NCBI GenBank assembly: GCA_951406725.2
Contig: OX597823.1
Span: 51,956,001-52,020,000, forward strand
Length of the DNA stretch: 64,000 nucleotides
Source: Octopus vulgaris
Lineage: Eukaryota
Direction of reading: 5' to 3'
Both the position numbers and the translations under genes were made by a program. Below the pieces are notes generated by a model, which had not been told where the DNA came from, made no database searches, and worked only from the letters and a program-made list of their open reading frames with translations. Shown piece after piece: positions 25,683 through 39,807 of this stretch; the stretch's first letter is position 1, and every line of letters begins with the position of its first letter.

Positions 25683-25808
25683 ATGTGTATGTGTATATAT
25701 ATATATAATATATATAACAACAAATAAGAAGTACACATATATATTTGTATTTATACACACATACATATATATGTAAAAATATGTAACATATCTGAGTTTG
25801 TGTGTATA

Positions 25809-25864
<56 letters not shown>

Positions 25865-25879
25865 AAAGGGTTTGTATGA

Positions 25880-27495
25880 TTGTGTATAGAAGAATATATT
25901 ACTCAAATGAATTCCAACTCTGCCTATTTTTTATGTTTTATTTATAATCTTCTAATATTAATATAAGATATAAAATAATATAGTAAAAAGAAATGAAATG
26001 AAGTATTAATTGTCTATTCTTATTGAACAAATGAAATATTAAATGTCCATTCTTACTGAACTTGTATACTTTTTTGCCTTTATGCAATCTTCAGGTTCAT
26101 ATGGTGGCGGTGACAGTCGTGTTCATCAGTTTCAACTGTGGTTGACTGGTTTAAATTTTGTCCTTTATATACATTCCTGTGGATAGAAGTAGTAGTTGCT
26201 TGGCTACTTTTAGAAATGATGCCATACCATTTTTCAGGGTTTATTTTTAGAAATGATGACAGCAGTACTTTTTAGGAATTTTTATTTTTTAGATATTGGG
26301 ATAAGACTTTAAAACCTTAAATAAGATTATTTTTTATCATTGTTCATTAAGCATAGGTTTGGATTTATCAATAAAGTCCTTTTCTCTCAGTTTTCTCTTC
26401 ATTTTATTCGGATTGTATAGTTTATGAAATAGAAATATTATAAATATATATATATTATAAATATTTTCCAGCCACATGTTGCTAGGTGGGTACTCAGCGG
26501 TATTTGGCAGATTTCAGGATTTTTAATTTGTTGTCAGTGCACATGTGAGCATTCTGATAGAGCATTGCCTGTCTGGCTAGCATACAGTTCTTCACAATTC
26601 GGGCATTTGATGCAGTAGATTAGATTTCTGCTTTTACAGTTCATATTTGCATTTGTGAATATTTTCTGTTTTTTATGTTCATATATGGGGCGGTATGAAT
26701 TAATTGGCATGTAGCACATCGCCTATCATTGCATTTAGACACAGTGAATGGTTGGTCTTTGTTGCTAAGGTCAAATCTTGCCTTTGTTAACTTTTTCAAG
26801 CTTTTAGGCTCTCTTTTACTGAGAGTTATAGTTTTGTCTGTAATGATATCTCTTAATTCCTTACTTTGAGCAATGATTGGTAGGTTTGCTTTAGCGATAT
26901 TGAAGATGTTCTGGTGGCATGGATTGTGCGTCACTATAAATGGTATGATTTGTTCTTGTTTTTCTTTTCTTTGTGATGTCCTCAGTTGTTGTGTGGGTAT
27001 TTTCATAGCCCACTAAATACCATTTTCTATAAGTAGTGATGGGTATTTTTGTTTGAGCAGAAATTCTTTCAGTCCCATCAGGTGCTGATTCCTAATCTTC
27101 AAATCTTCTACAATGGTACAGATTCTTCTGGTTAAACAGAATGGGATGTTACGTTTTGTATGCTGTGGATGGCACAATTTAAAATTCAGGTATTGATGTG
27201 TATCTGTGTGTTTATAATATATATCTGTGGTAATGGTGATGTTCTTTTAATTAACATTATATCAAGGAATGGTAATTTGGTACTGCTCATCTCCTTTGTA
27301 AATTTGATGGAAGGGTGTAGGTTGTTCAGGAGGATATTGAATTCTTCTACAGTGATTTAAGATTTTGTCCAAATTATGAAGCAATTATCGAGGTATCTCT
27401 TCCATGCCTTTCAATATACTTACTAAATTCAGTACTATATCTCTCCTTTATTTCCTGGTAAAGTTTTTGTTCTAAGTATCCCATCACCTACTTCA
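25880..27495 (-). mobile_element. Penelope-like retroelement, 5'-truncated pseudogene (RT C-terminus, GIY-YIG, 3' UTR)
   Basis: MGYLEQKLYQ..WKRYLDNCFIIW..LNNLHPSIKFTKE..LPFLDI; IIPFIVTHNP; KCNDRRCATC; NMNCKSRNLIYCIKCPNCEELYASQTG; frameshifts and stops. Confidence 0.92.
26057..26099 (-). ncRNA. Degenerate hammerhead in the PLE 3' UTR
   Basis: UGAAC CUGAAGA UUGC AUAAAG GCAA AAAA GUAUAC AA GUUCA; two core substitutions. Confidence 0.6.
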
Positions 27496-27530
27496 CATGT
27501 GTGTGTGTGTATAAGTAAACATATGCCTTC

Positions 27531-27578
<48 letters not shown>

Positions 27579-27892
27579 ACACACATATTTTATATTATGT
27601 ATAAATTTATATATATATATATAGTATATATATATTTTAACATATATATTTATATATAACTTTATATGTAAAAATTGCATGTATATGTTTGTGTGTGTAT
27701 GTATACATATTGATATATATATGTGTGTGTGTGCATAACAGATGTTAAAAGATGATGATGATGAATGATGATGATATACATACATATACACATATGTATA
27801 TAATATAAATATATTAGTATGTATATTGCTGTATCTCAGAAGTCATTATGTCAAGAATGCTAAAATGAAATGTGTATATATTGGCATATATA

Positions 27893-28303
27893 TTCTTTTA
27901 TTCTCTTTTACTCTTTTACTTGTTTCAGTCATTTGACTGTGGCCATGCTGGAGCACTGCCTTTAATCGAGCAACTCAATCCCGGGACTTATTCTTTTGTA
28001 AGCCCAGTACTTATTCTATTGGTCTCTTTTGCCCAACCGCTAAGTAACGGGGACATAAACACACCAGCATCGGTTGTCAAGCAATGCTAGGGGGACAAAC
28101 AGAGACACACAAACACACACACGCATATATATACATATATACGACGGGCTTCTTTCAGTTTCTGTCTACCAAATCCACTCACAAGGCTTTGGTCGGCCCG
28201 AGGCTATAGTAGAAGACACTTGCCCAGGTGCCATGCAGTGGGATTGAACCCGGAACCATGTGGTTGGTAAACAAACTACTTACCACACAGCCACTCCTGT
28301 GCC
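27893..28303 (-). mobile_element. SINE family A, well-preserved full-length copy
   Basis: CpGs retained; head GGAGTGGCTGTGTGGTAAG..GGTTCAATCCC; complete tail. Confidence 0.93.
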
Positions 28304-28352
28304 TATATATATATATACGTTTGTGTATATTTGAATGTGCATATGCATATAC

Positions 28353-28403
<51 letters not shown>

Positions 28404-28417
28404 TATGTATATATATG

Positions 28418-28842
28418 CTTTATCTTCTATTTGTTTCAGTTATTAGGCTGTGACCATGCCATGGCACCACGTTGAAGAATTTTAGTTGAATGAATTGAAC
28501 CAAGAACTTATTATTTTTTAAGCCTGTAACTTATTCTATCAGTCTTTTTTTTTTTTGCCATACTACTAAGTTATAGGGATGTAAACACACCGACACTGGT
28601 TGTCAAATGGTGGTGAGGACAAACCCAGGAACAAAGACACACACACATACACACACCCATATATATATATATATATACATGACAGGCTTCTTTCAGTTTC
28701 CATCAACCAAAACCACTCACAAGGCTTTGGTCAGCCTGCGGCTACAGTAAAAGACACTTACCCAAAATATCATGCGTTAGGACTGAACCCAGAACCATGT
28801 TGCTGGTGAGCAAACTTCTTAGCATACAGCCACAATTGTACT
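28418..28842 (-). mobile_element. SINE family A
   Basis: Older copy adjacent to the previous one. Confidence 0.88.
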
Positions 28843-28960
28843 TGCTGTGTATCTATATCTATGTGTGCATTAGAGATACTATATGTATAGATATATATAT
28901 TATGTAACCTATTAAAATATATACATGTGTGTGTGTGTGTGTTTATAATTTGCATAGGAA

Positions 28961-29022
<62 letters not shown>

Positions 29023-30122
29023 ACATAATATTCTATGCTTTAACATTTATAGACACATGTACACACACACTCACACATAATTTTCACCCTCTTATACATA
29101 TACATGAGAAGTAATAAGGGAAGAGTAAAATATTTTAAATGAATTCCAATTAAAATATTTTAAAATTACATTTTCGTTTTAGTTCGGCTGTTTTATTTTA
29201 AATAACACATTTCTTTTTTTTTTTTTTCCTTCTTGAGAATTCCTTTTTCAATCTACTTTATCTTCATTTTAAAATCATTGTTATTATTCATGTGAAAATT
29301 GCATTCCTCATTACTACTGGCTGCAAGTGTTACATAAAAATAAGAATGGTCAGCTAGGAAGTATGTGAGCTATTCATAGTGTGTAGAGTAATGTGGTCAG
29401 TAGCAAGCCAGTGTGACATCACTGGGCAAGAGGCAGTGGAATGTTGTTGGTTTTCTTTCTAGTTTAGATTTTCACATACTACCTGTGCTGCTCAGTAATT
29501 TCTATCGAAACGGATTTAGATTTTAATTTGAAAACTGGTTATTAAAAGGTCAACTAGTTGGCTTTGCTATGTGATCATTGTGTCATTCATAAAAGGCTTA
29601 GATATTTCAACTTTCTGGATTTTCGTATGGCCCCTGGTCATCATGGTGTGAAATTGTCAACCCAGTATGATAGCAAAACTAGTAAATATTCAGCAAGCTG
29701 ACCATTCCCTCTCCACCATTCCATTGGCATAGTGGCTGCAGCTGCTGCCCAGTCATTCACAGTGCAAGGAAGTTAATTTGACCACTGGTCACTATGGCTG
29801 AAATGGTCAGCTAGACATCAGGTTATGCATAGACATTCTTCTGGTCTGGATTACCATGCTAGTTCATCCCTAATCAATATTTGTTTCTCATCCCTTTCAT
29901 ATTTCTTCACTCTTCTTGTTATTCTTGTACAAGTCCAGAGTGTCTGTGGAATGGTCAGTGTGTCTACTGAATGGTAGTAGCGAGGTAAATTGTTACTATA
30001 TTACTATAGCTGTTTCATTACTATTAAATGTTCAGTGTGCAGCACTCTGAATAATCAAGGAAAGACTGCATTCCTTTTCAGCAGACAGACAGTCACACAC
30101 ACACACGCACACACACACACAG

Positions 30123-30184
<62 letters not shown>

Positions 30185-30363
30185 CCACAAAAGTCTATGT
30201 GTGTATATATATGCATACATATATGTATGTAAGTATATATGCATTTTAATGTGTACATACATACAGAGAAGCACACACACACAACACACACAGACATATA
30301 TAAATGTGTATACATACATATATATAGATAGATAGGTATAGATATATACATACATACATACAT

Positions 30364-30394
<31 letters not shown>

Positions 30395-30490
30395 TACATA
30401 CATACACACACACATACATACATACATACATACATACATACATACATACACATATACATACATACATGCATGCATGCATATAATTTAGTC

Positions 30491-30645
30491 ATAGGCACAG
30501 GTGTGGCTGAGTGGGTAAGAAATTTGCTTCCCACCACATAGTTTTGGAGTCAGTTCCATGGCATGGCACCTGGAGCAAGTCTCTTCTACTACTCTGGGCT
30601 CAGGCTAACCAAAAGACTTGTGAGTGGATTTGGTAGATAGGTGCT
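30491..30645 (+). mobile_element. SINE family A head
   Basis: AGGTGTGGCTGAGTGGGTAAGAAATTTGCTTCCC..GAGTGGATTTGGTAGA. Confidence 0.8.
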
Positions 30646-30753
30646 TGTGTCTATATATATATATATATATATATAATAAATATTAGGGAATAAATCCAAA
30701 TTTACAGGGAAAAAATCAGATTTAGGATTAAATCCAATTTTATAGTAAAATAT

Positions 30754-31056
30754 TATAAAATATTATTAGAGACAAAACCATATTTTGCAAAACAAACAGG
30801 AAAGACTTAATCAATACATAAAATTTTAATAAATAAAAACACTACAATTGTTCTGTCTTGATCGACAATCTTCAGGTGGACTTCCAATAAGTCAGTTTCA
30901 TAATTTGAAACTGACTTATTGGAAGTCCACCTGAAGATTGTCGATCAAGACAAGAAACAATTGTAGTGGCGGTTTTTTTGACTATTTATTAAAATTTTAT
31001 GTATTGATTAAGTCTTTCCTTGTTTGTTTTGCAAAATAGTGGTTTTGTCTCTAATA

Positions 31057-31066
<10 letters not shown>
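30754..31066. repeat. Fold-back inverted duplication of an H3 PLE-type terminus
   Basis: Perfect 47-bp inner stem 30854-30900/30906-30952 with loop TAATT; arms extend to ~150 bp. Confidence 0.92.
30927..30969 (+). ncRNA. Minimal type I hammerhead ribozyme, intact core
   Basis: CCAC CUGAAGA UUGUC GAUCAA GACAA GAAA CAAUUG UA GUGG: all three helices pair; palindromic helix III; predicted cleavage after GUA at 30965. Confidence 0.85.
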
Positions 31067-31114
<48 letters not shown>

Positions 31115-31267
31115 GAGAGATAAATAGACAGATGGACAGACGGATGGACGGATAGATCATTATCATTTTTATCTTCATCATTTTATACGTGTATCACATG
31201 CTGATATGAGGTGAATATTTCTAAAGACTGGTACTTCTAAATGTGATTTGAATATTATTCTATGATT

Positions 31268-31487
31268 CAAGGCAGAAAGCCTGCAGAATTGTTAGAACGT
31301 CAGACAAAATGCTAAGTAGCATTTTGTCCATCTTTACACTTTGAGTTCAAATTTCATCAAGGCTGACTTTACCTTTCATCCTTTTGAGGTTGATAAAAAA
31401 GCACATGGGGAGCATTGGGGTTGATGTTTAAGACTTAGTCCCTTCCCAAAAACTGCTAGCCTTTTTGCCAAAATTTGAAACCAATAT
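31268..31487 (+). mobile_element. SINE family C
   Basis: GCAGAATTGTTAG..GAGTTCAAATTTC..GACTTTACCTTTCATCC. Confidence 0.8.
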
Positions 31488-31829
31488 CTCTCTGTGACTG
31501 GATGATGTCTCTTCTGTCAACTGCTTTACAAAATATACCTACCGTATTTTTGGATGGTGTCAACTCTAGAGGGGTTGAATACTTATCAACAAAGAAGAAC
31601 TATATGTACCACACAGCTCTACACTTCTGCACATGTATCAACCACATTGAGTGTAAATTGTTTTTCCTGGAAGCAGCAACAAACAAATTGTCAGATTTGT
31701 ATATATATATATATATATATATATATGTTTACATGCATAGACATATATATATGTCTATGCATGTATATATATATATCTATGCATATATATATATATATAT
31801 ATGTTTATCATCATCATCATCATCATCAT

Positions 31830-31978
31830 CACGGAGGCAACGACCAAGACCTTTTGGCATTATGTCATGCTCAAGAAGAAGACCCATCAAGCCAAGCAAA
31901 ATCGCAATCATGGCAGATAGTGGTGTCCCACAAATGGCACCTGTGCCAGTGACATGTAAAAACACTCATTATGATGAT
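31830..31978 (+). mobile_element. RTE-like ORF end and 3' UTR fragment
   Basis: TEATTKTFWHYVMLKKKT resembles the RTE C-terminus at 52500-52612. Confidence 0.55.
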
Positions 31979-32077
31979 AAACATATATATATGCATAGAT
32001 ATATATACATGCATAGACATAAACACGTATATCATATATATGAATATATGTGTGGATGTATGTATGTGCATGTGTGA

Positions 32078-32117
<40 letters not shown>

Positions 32118-32621
32118 ATATGTATGTACCTATGTTTATACCTTTATATCTATGTGTAAGTGTGTGTTAGCATGCATGCTTGTATCTCTGTTTGCGTGTA
32201 TATGTGTTATTGTGTGCATATCTGTGTCTGTATGCATGTTGATATATATGGTGTATATGTTGAATCCTACATATTAGAAATGTAATATAGCCAACCCAGT
32301 AGTCTTTCACTTACCTGATGCTCTATGAACCAAATTCCAAACCAACTACTTTCATATATACCAAGACAGTGTTTTAGAAATATCTCATATCTGTGATAGC
32401 CATACTCTAGATATGTTTAGATAAACTTCAAAGCTGTTTTTGATAACATAGGGACTAAAATTACCTGTAGCCACTATGTTATGGACAACACCCTAGATGC
32501 TTCTGTAGACCTAGATTTCAGTACTCTCAGCTCATTGCAGAGGCCCAATGTAAAGTTTAGATACATAGATAATCTAGTCACTTCCCCCATTTTATAGCTA
32601 ATATCATTACCACATTTTTGG

Positions 32622-32815
32622 TAAGGCAATGGAGTTGGCAGAATCATCAGCATGCCAGACAAAATGCTAAATGGCATTTCACCCGTCTTTAAGTTCTGTG
32701 TTCAGATTCTGCTGAGATTGTCTTTGCCTTTTACCCTTTGGATTCAATAAAAATAAGTACCAGTTGAGCACTTGGGTTGATGTAATTGACTATTCCCCTC
32801 CTCCAAAATTTCAGC
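32622..32815 (+). mobile_element. SINE family C
   Basis: AAGGCAATGGAGTTGGCAGAATC..AATAAGTACCAGTTGAGCAC. Confidence 0.8.
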
Positions 32816-34599
32816 ATTATTACTGCATGTTTTAGCTTTTTTTCTTCTAGAAAATTCTTCAAGTCAGCATCCTTCTACATTAAGAGCTCTAACATATACT
32901 TTAACCATTCATGTCCTCAGAATAGATCGAGAACAATAATATACTTCACCTCCATCTACCACACTAAATATTTCAGTTAATGTGAGGAAAAAAGTATCTA
33001 TCTCTAATAAATAAACATTTCCCTAAGAACCCTAGATAAAAAAAAATTGATAGGTCTTCAGTGAATTTAAGCTATAGCTGCAGTTCCAACATGAAAATGA
33101 TAATCTCATGTAAACCTACCCAACTAACCGTTCCACATTGCACATGCAGAAATGTAGAATCTTACCTACTAGATCAGGCATGCAACGTCAAGTCAACAAT
33201 ATCCAAAGCAAAATTATCTGAAGTATACGAAACTGAGTAGTTGATGAAAAAAGGCTGCTATTGTTATTAGGAATCATCATTCAGTACACTGAAAAAAATA
33301 AATATCTAGACATTAGCAATCTGCATAAAGAAACAAAGGGAAAGGAAAATCGTCAATAGTACTAATAGGAGCCGTGTGTGGATGTACCATTGAGATGCTG
33401 CCAATATATAGCAGAAAGAATACACATTCTGCTAAATTCAAAAATCTACAACCACTACCTCAATTTTAGAACTGAAATTTTCACCAAATGTATCTACAAA
33501 TAAAAGTTTATCTTATCCAACTGGAAGATAGCATCTACACTAGGATGACTATACTACAATTCACTAGGTCATCAGAACAAACACTACCTAACAGTTAAAA
33601 ATATTACCCCCTGGTACCTTACAAGAACAAAACTTCTGGAGCCTGAAATTTCTTGAATGGAATACCGCAAGGATTTGTCTTTTTGCTCATTTTTTTTAAC
33701 CTATTGATACAAGACATCCCCACACCTCCACAAACACATAATATTGTACACAAATGACAGCACACTTACATTCTTTGATCATCCATGTACTGACATACAA
33801 CAGTTCCAGCCAATCTGAAATTATCAAGGAATCTAGCCGCACAACACTTGACTTAAAGTAGCAACTGCCTACTTGACAAATCTACCGTGTTGTTTATTAC
33901 CAACAACACCAGAGAACATCAAACTCCAACTATCTCACTCATCACCATAAGCATACCACACAGACAATAATGACAAAAGTACTGGACATCTCACAAGACA
34001 AGGTTTAAAACACACATGGACAACATATTAACAATGCACAAACCTACTGAGAGTGATTACACGTACCGTATTTGCCCAACAGAAAGAAACAACCACAATA
34101 GTGCACAAAAAAGATATTAAATGATACATCATATTATGCTTTCTCGACCGGTGTTCTAAATCTATTCACAGCAAACAAAAATAAACTTCAAGGAATTCAA
34201 AGCAACACAGTATGTATCATTGCAGGTTGTACACAAGCCACACCCAAAACAAACTACACATGACATAAAAAATAAATAAAAGGACCACCTGGACAAGTGA
34301 GGCCATAATATGTGATCGAAGAAGGCTTCAAATATACAGTCCCAGTCATTAAATAAATAACCACCATCAAACACCCAGAAAATTTACGACTTTGCAAGGT
34401 ATTGCTAAAACAGCATCCTATAAATAATATTTCTCTCACTCAGCTCAGACGAACATAATGAAGACATGCAAACAGCTACAGTATCAAAAGCCTCAATAGC
34501 TCAAAACACTGAGCTAGATTGCACACCACAGGACTTTTTGCATACCATAGGACTTTTTGAATGATTACACAGGAATGATTGCACAGTAATAACAACAAA

Positions 34600-35450
34600 A
34601 TTATTGACTATGAGTCTAACTAGTGCATTTCTTATTTCCCTGCATATTTTAATCATCTCAATGATCTTTAACAGCCCAGCTGCTTTCTTTCCTTATATAT
34701 TTTTAATTACACTTTCAACCGGATAATTACTGACTTTCATTGCTGTTGTCTCTGCTTGGTCTATGTAGAGTTGTTCTGTTCTCTCCTCTTCTTGTTTACC
34801 AACATCACATTGTAGCATTTTAATGCATCTTTCTTCTTGGTGTTAGCGACTGCAAGAGTACCGTTGCCATTCACTTTTCTCAAACGACATGTTGATTCAC
34901 TGAAATTTCTGATACCCACATTACAAAACGTTTGTAAACTTCTTGCTTTCAGCTTCTCCATCTCTACATATACCTATCTTATCTTCTAGCTACCCAATGT
35001 TGTTCCTTTGCTTCCCCTACTCTTCCATTATTTTCCGACCTGACACTTGGCCCATATGATTCTACCTACAATACTATTCCGACAACATGACACCTTTAGT
35101 CTAACAGACCCTTGCTCCATCCACAGATCTAGTTTTTGTATCACAGCAGTTTGTCTTGTTAAAACATGCATTTGTCCTCTCCTTTATTAGTTCCTATCTC
35201 CTTCTCATATGCGCCAAGTAGTACCAATTAAACCTATGTTTGATTGCGAGTTCTTTCAGTTACCATATTTTCTAGATTGCTTTGTTCTCTGAGTCAGTCT
35301 GGACCTTTTGTATTCACAACCAAGTACCTATCTCGTTTCTAGTTACAACCATATCTCTCACCGTTTTCTTGGCTGTTCTGTTGTCAGTATGGCTTGCATG
35401 TTTTCATAAGTAGAAGGTGATCAGTTGGCATGGGCAACTTTATGTAGAGT
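34600..35450 (-). mobile_element. Old RTE-like LINE fragment (endonuclease end and linker)
   Basis: RKVNGNGTLAVANTKKKDALKCYNVMLVNK resembles the RTE EN-RT linker; heavily decayed. Confidence 0.45.
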
Positions 35451-38400
35451 AATATAAAATAGTATAATAAAATATAGCATATAATATAATGTAATATAAC
35501 ATAAATTAATGTATTGTGCTCTATGGGTTTGCACTAAATGTGTGTGTGTGTGTGTACATGGTAGCAGAGTATACGGACACTATCTGCAGAAAGGTCGCTT
35601 ATTCTGAAGAGCTCACTGGAACATAACACTTGTTAAATGATAAAAATGAAACTTTTGGAACCAGTCAACACTCCACTGAATATACCCTAAGATTTTGGTC
35701 CCCAAGCTCGTGTGTGTGTGTAATGCAATGCCTTAGAGCACAATACGCTCATTTTATATATCACATTTTATTTTTATTTTAGTTTCATTTTTTTTATTTT
35801 ACCATACACAATCTTCACCCTCATATCATGAATTCTGGTCAATACCATATAGTGGATTTGTTCTCTTTGTATGATCGAATGGTTCTGCAGTATCTCTAGG
35901 TGGCACCAGTCTTTTTTCCTGTAATGGCTTCACAAAACCACTGAATACTGGCACTGGCTTTCATTACCGATCAGGAATCGGAAAATTTCATCCCCGTGGC
36001 TTGCCAGGCAACTCAAAGTATTGAGTGTGAGTATTCAACTTTTGCATAATATACTTAATATATTCTTCTATTTCCATAATGTTGAGGTATGCTTCTTTGT
36101 TGCATATGTATTAAATTGTTATATGTATGTGCGTGTGTGTGTGTGTGATACAAAAACACAAGAAATAAATAAGGTCAGCCTATCCATATGCTTGTGACCA
36201 CCACAACTCTATTGTCTTGCTTGCCAGTCCTCATATTGAAACGTGGTGCATAAAAAGTCTGTAAATAAATTTTTGTTATTGACAATGGAAGTAGCATCCA
36301 TTGTCCATTGGGCAGGTATTTTCAGGTCACAAGTTATATGTGTATGGTTTTCACTAATAATCTATCATCTTGGTGGTTTTGTTTTACTCTTCAGGCTGTA
36401 TTTCTAACACTTCAATCAGTACATTGTATTTATCATCTAACTTCATATCTTCCATCATCCTCATGAGAATATGACTAGACTTTCAAGTGACAGGAATGCG
36501 AGTGATTTCCTTCACACATACTCTACTCTTTATTTTTTTTTTTTCATCTTTCTGTTGCTCTAGATGGGTTGTCATGTTAATACATATTGTTTAGGTCCTC
36601 CTCACAGTCGCAATGTTGTAGGATGGTTTTATCGGTTTTGGCTGGAGTAGGTTTCTAACCGATGACTTTTTGGAATGAGGTTAGAGCAATCTCTCTTGCT
36701 ATTCCTCAGATGTCACTCGATGGTGTTTTGATAAAAATAATTTTTTGGTCTGCTATTATTGTTGCTGTTACTTTTTCCTCTTTACTATTTTACAATTATT
36801 CTAGGCAGAAAAAGTTAAATCAAGTATAATGTTACAAAGGTTGCATATAAGATTTCCACTTATATATCCCAGCCTCATTACTTGCCTTTTCGCACCCAAG
36901 ATGTGGCAAAGTTAAAGAACAGAGTCCAGTTGTCTTTGGAAGTCACGAGAGCTTTCTCACCCAAGCCTCAGTTTTTGAAAATCAACCTTATGCCCCAATA
37001 ATCCATATTCTAAAATTAGTGGCTGTCTCAATACTGTCTCTCAAAACAATACTTTCATCCGTTAAGATTAGTTTGCTTTCTTATTTGACAAAATGAACCT
37101 ACGTGTGTTTGACGTTGATGATGATTAATATCATCACACAAACTGTTCAAATTTCTGCTCTAACTTCTATCAAAACATCCTTATTTTTCTGTGTTGAATG
37201 TGTGAGTCTTGCTGGGGAATTTAATTTACTCTTATATTTTATTATTTTTATTCTTGCATGGTTATATAAAAAGCATGAAACAGAGAGTATTAAAAAAGTC
37301 GACAACTGAGGAGGAGTCACACTTCTTTTGGTATTTTGTCTTGTACTTATCTCTGTGTGTTTACGTATTTTTCACTTTCACTCGGTGATGCCCTGTACTT
37401 GATAAGTATTTTTTACTGAGGCAATGACATACGACATACACAGCTGTCTAAATATCCTTCTCAGAAAAAATATCGATGTGTATATTTGTCAACAGAGTTG
37501 CCACTGCTCTCTGTTACTGGATGCTTTTTTTTCAGCTACAATAACAAAGAGTAGTCATGTTATATAACCACACTGTTATGTAATTTCCAGTTAACCAGTT
37601 GTAAAGATTGACTGAAATGGATCCCATAATATTGTACAGCTTGATTACTGTGTGTGTATGTGTGTGTGTGTGTGTGTGTGTCCAAGTAGAGTCACGAGGA
37701 ACACAAATCAGATATAAAACAGAACAATCAACAAGAGTCCAACATCAATATAATTGCAATGTGAAGAAAGAATGCAAGAGAAGGAAATGTTTTAGATAGT
37801 TATCCTTCTGCAAGAGCAGAAAATATGGAGAATGAGCGATGAAGAAAGTTAACTAACAAAAGAAAAACCCCACCGACTGTAGTTGAATAATTTGATGAAA
37901 AGTAGAACAGAAGTGGGTAGGATGAAATGTTTAGAATTGTGGTTAACAACTAAAAGAGAACTAGGGGAGATAATCAGGGTATGTTTGGAGAGAAATTGGA
38001 GATGTGGGCATGTGGTCGTGCCTGTGTATATGTCCTACAAAATAGATGTCAACAAAAAGTGTCAATATAATAAACAGAGCCAAGATGTGTGAATGGAACA
38101 AAAATAGTGTCATTTTGTAGAAGGGAGATAGTGCAGAGTGTGTTTGTGTGTGTGCGTGTGTGCATGCGTGCTGTATGTGTGTGTGTGAGAAGGTGTATTG
38201 ATATGACTGTAAAGTGCATGAGAGGAAGATTATCAGATTGTAGAAGTGTTTTAAGGAGCGATAGTGCTTTTAGAGAAAGGTTAGCACATGCTACATGAAG
38301 TAAGTGGAAATAAGAGTTTTGTGATATTGTACAGTGCTGTAAATGATGGGATACAGATAGGAGTGACTTGGAGAGTTGCTGTGATAGGGAATGGGCCTGA

Positions 38401-38699
38401 ATAATCTGGTGCTATTGTATTGAATGTCCAAAAATTGGCCAATCATCGATCACTTTCCACAATAGGCAAATACAGCTGTTATTTCTATCATTAAAGATTC
38501 GGGTGAAAACAGTTGTATCCACTCCACTGCCAACCGTTTTCCATCCTCACTTATCTATCATTCCTGCCCCCTCTACCCTTTTCAGTGCACCATGCTATGG
38601 AAATAACAACTCTTTCAATACAACTGCCAAAGATCCAACTTCTATATTTCTGGAACATCTTTTCTTTTGATTTTAACATCATCTCAATTTGGGTGATTT

Positions 38700-38866
38700 T
38701 CATCATCATCATCATCATCATCATCGTTTAACGTCCGCTTTCCATGCTAGCATGGGTTGGACGGTTCAACTGGGGTCTGGGGAGCCCGAAGGCTGCACCA
38801 GGCCAGTCAGATCTGGCAGTGTTTCTACAGCTGGATGCCCTTCCTAACGCCAACCACTCCGAGAGT
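38700..38866 (-). mobile_element. RTE-like 3' end, well preserved
   Basis: (CAT)nCGTTTAACGTCCGCTTTCCATGCTAGCATGGG..GGATGCCCTTCCTAACGCCAACCAC. Confidence 0.88.
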
Positions 38867-38869
38867 TCG

Positions 38870-39790
38870 GAATTCCTTCATCCATTGCCATATTCTGTTT
38901 GCATTCTTTGGCAGCACCATTCCTGTTACAACAGTAGCACCTTAATTCAGAACATCACCTTTCTTAGCTCATCCTTCTTTTCCATCAATGTTTCACATGT
39001 TCTCTAAAACTTCATCTCTTGCATAAAAATAACAATTCTGTGTTCTGTACTGGGAGGCTGGGCGTAAACTAGTTGATCATTTTGTGAAAGACTTGTTGGA
39101 CTTTCTATGTAATAACTCGGATCCCTCAGGGCTATGCCCGATAATTTTAATTCCTCAAGTGTCTCGATATTTGTGGCGTTTGACAACATTTCTCCCATCC
39201 CCAATCTCTTGCTTGCAATGTGAACATCAATTAACTTTCCAGTTAAACACTACTACACCAAGTGGGATTAATAATCAAGTTGCCTTCCTCTGAAAACACT
39301 GCTTTTTCAAATAAAACCACTTCATACATGTACGCTTTGAAAAGGGATCCATACTTAGTCCCCTCCTCCTCATTCCACACACATTTAGGCAGTGCACTGC
39401 TCATGAACCACACACTGACACTGCCACACAGACAAACAAAATTATGCTTTATATACTACCCACACATCAATGCAGCTCATTCACATTTATCCTCCAGAAT
39501 ATATACACACAATCAAACATACCCTGCAAAGCATACATAATACACTTCATAGCATGCTTCATCTTGTTTATCCTACTTAGCTTTTGCTTCATCTTTTTTT
39601 TTTTTTGTTTTTTGTGCTGTAAACCATCATTCTATGCATTTCCACTCTGCTCACTTTGTCCTAACATACAGAATGCTGCTTTTCTGGGATAAACACTTTT
39701 TTACGTTTCTTTTCAGTTTTCCATTCTTGACGAAGAGCAACTGTGCAAAATATTAAATTCTCTGTTTCACTGCTTACAGTATAATATTTA
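38870..39790 (+). mobile_element. Old Penelope-like 3' fragment (GIY-YIG remnant)
   Basis: VLYWEAGRKLVDHFVKDL and EHQLTFQLNTTTPSGIN resemble PLE GIY-YIG segments; decayed TTGACGAAGAGC at ~39727. Confidence 0.55.
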
Positions 39791-39807
39791 TATTACATTT
39801 ATATAAT

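Noticed and set aside
32860-34600. A-rich stretch resembling an old retroelement ORF
   Set aside because: Too decayed to assign a family by eye
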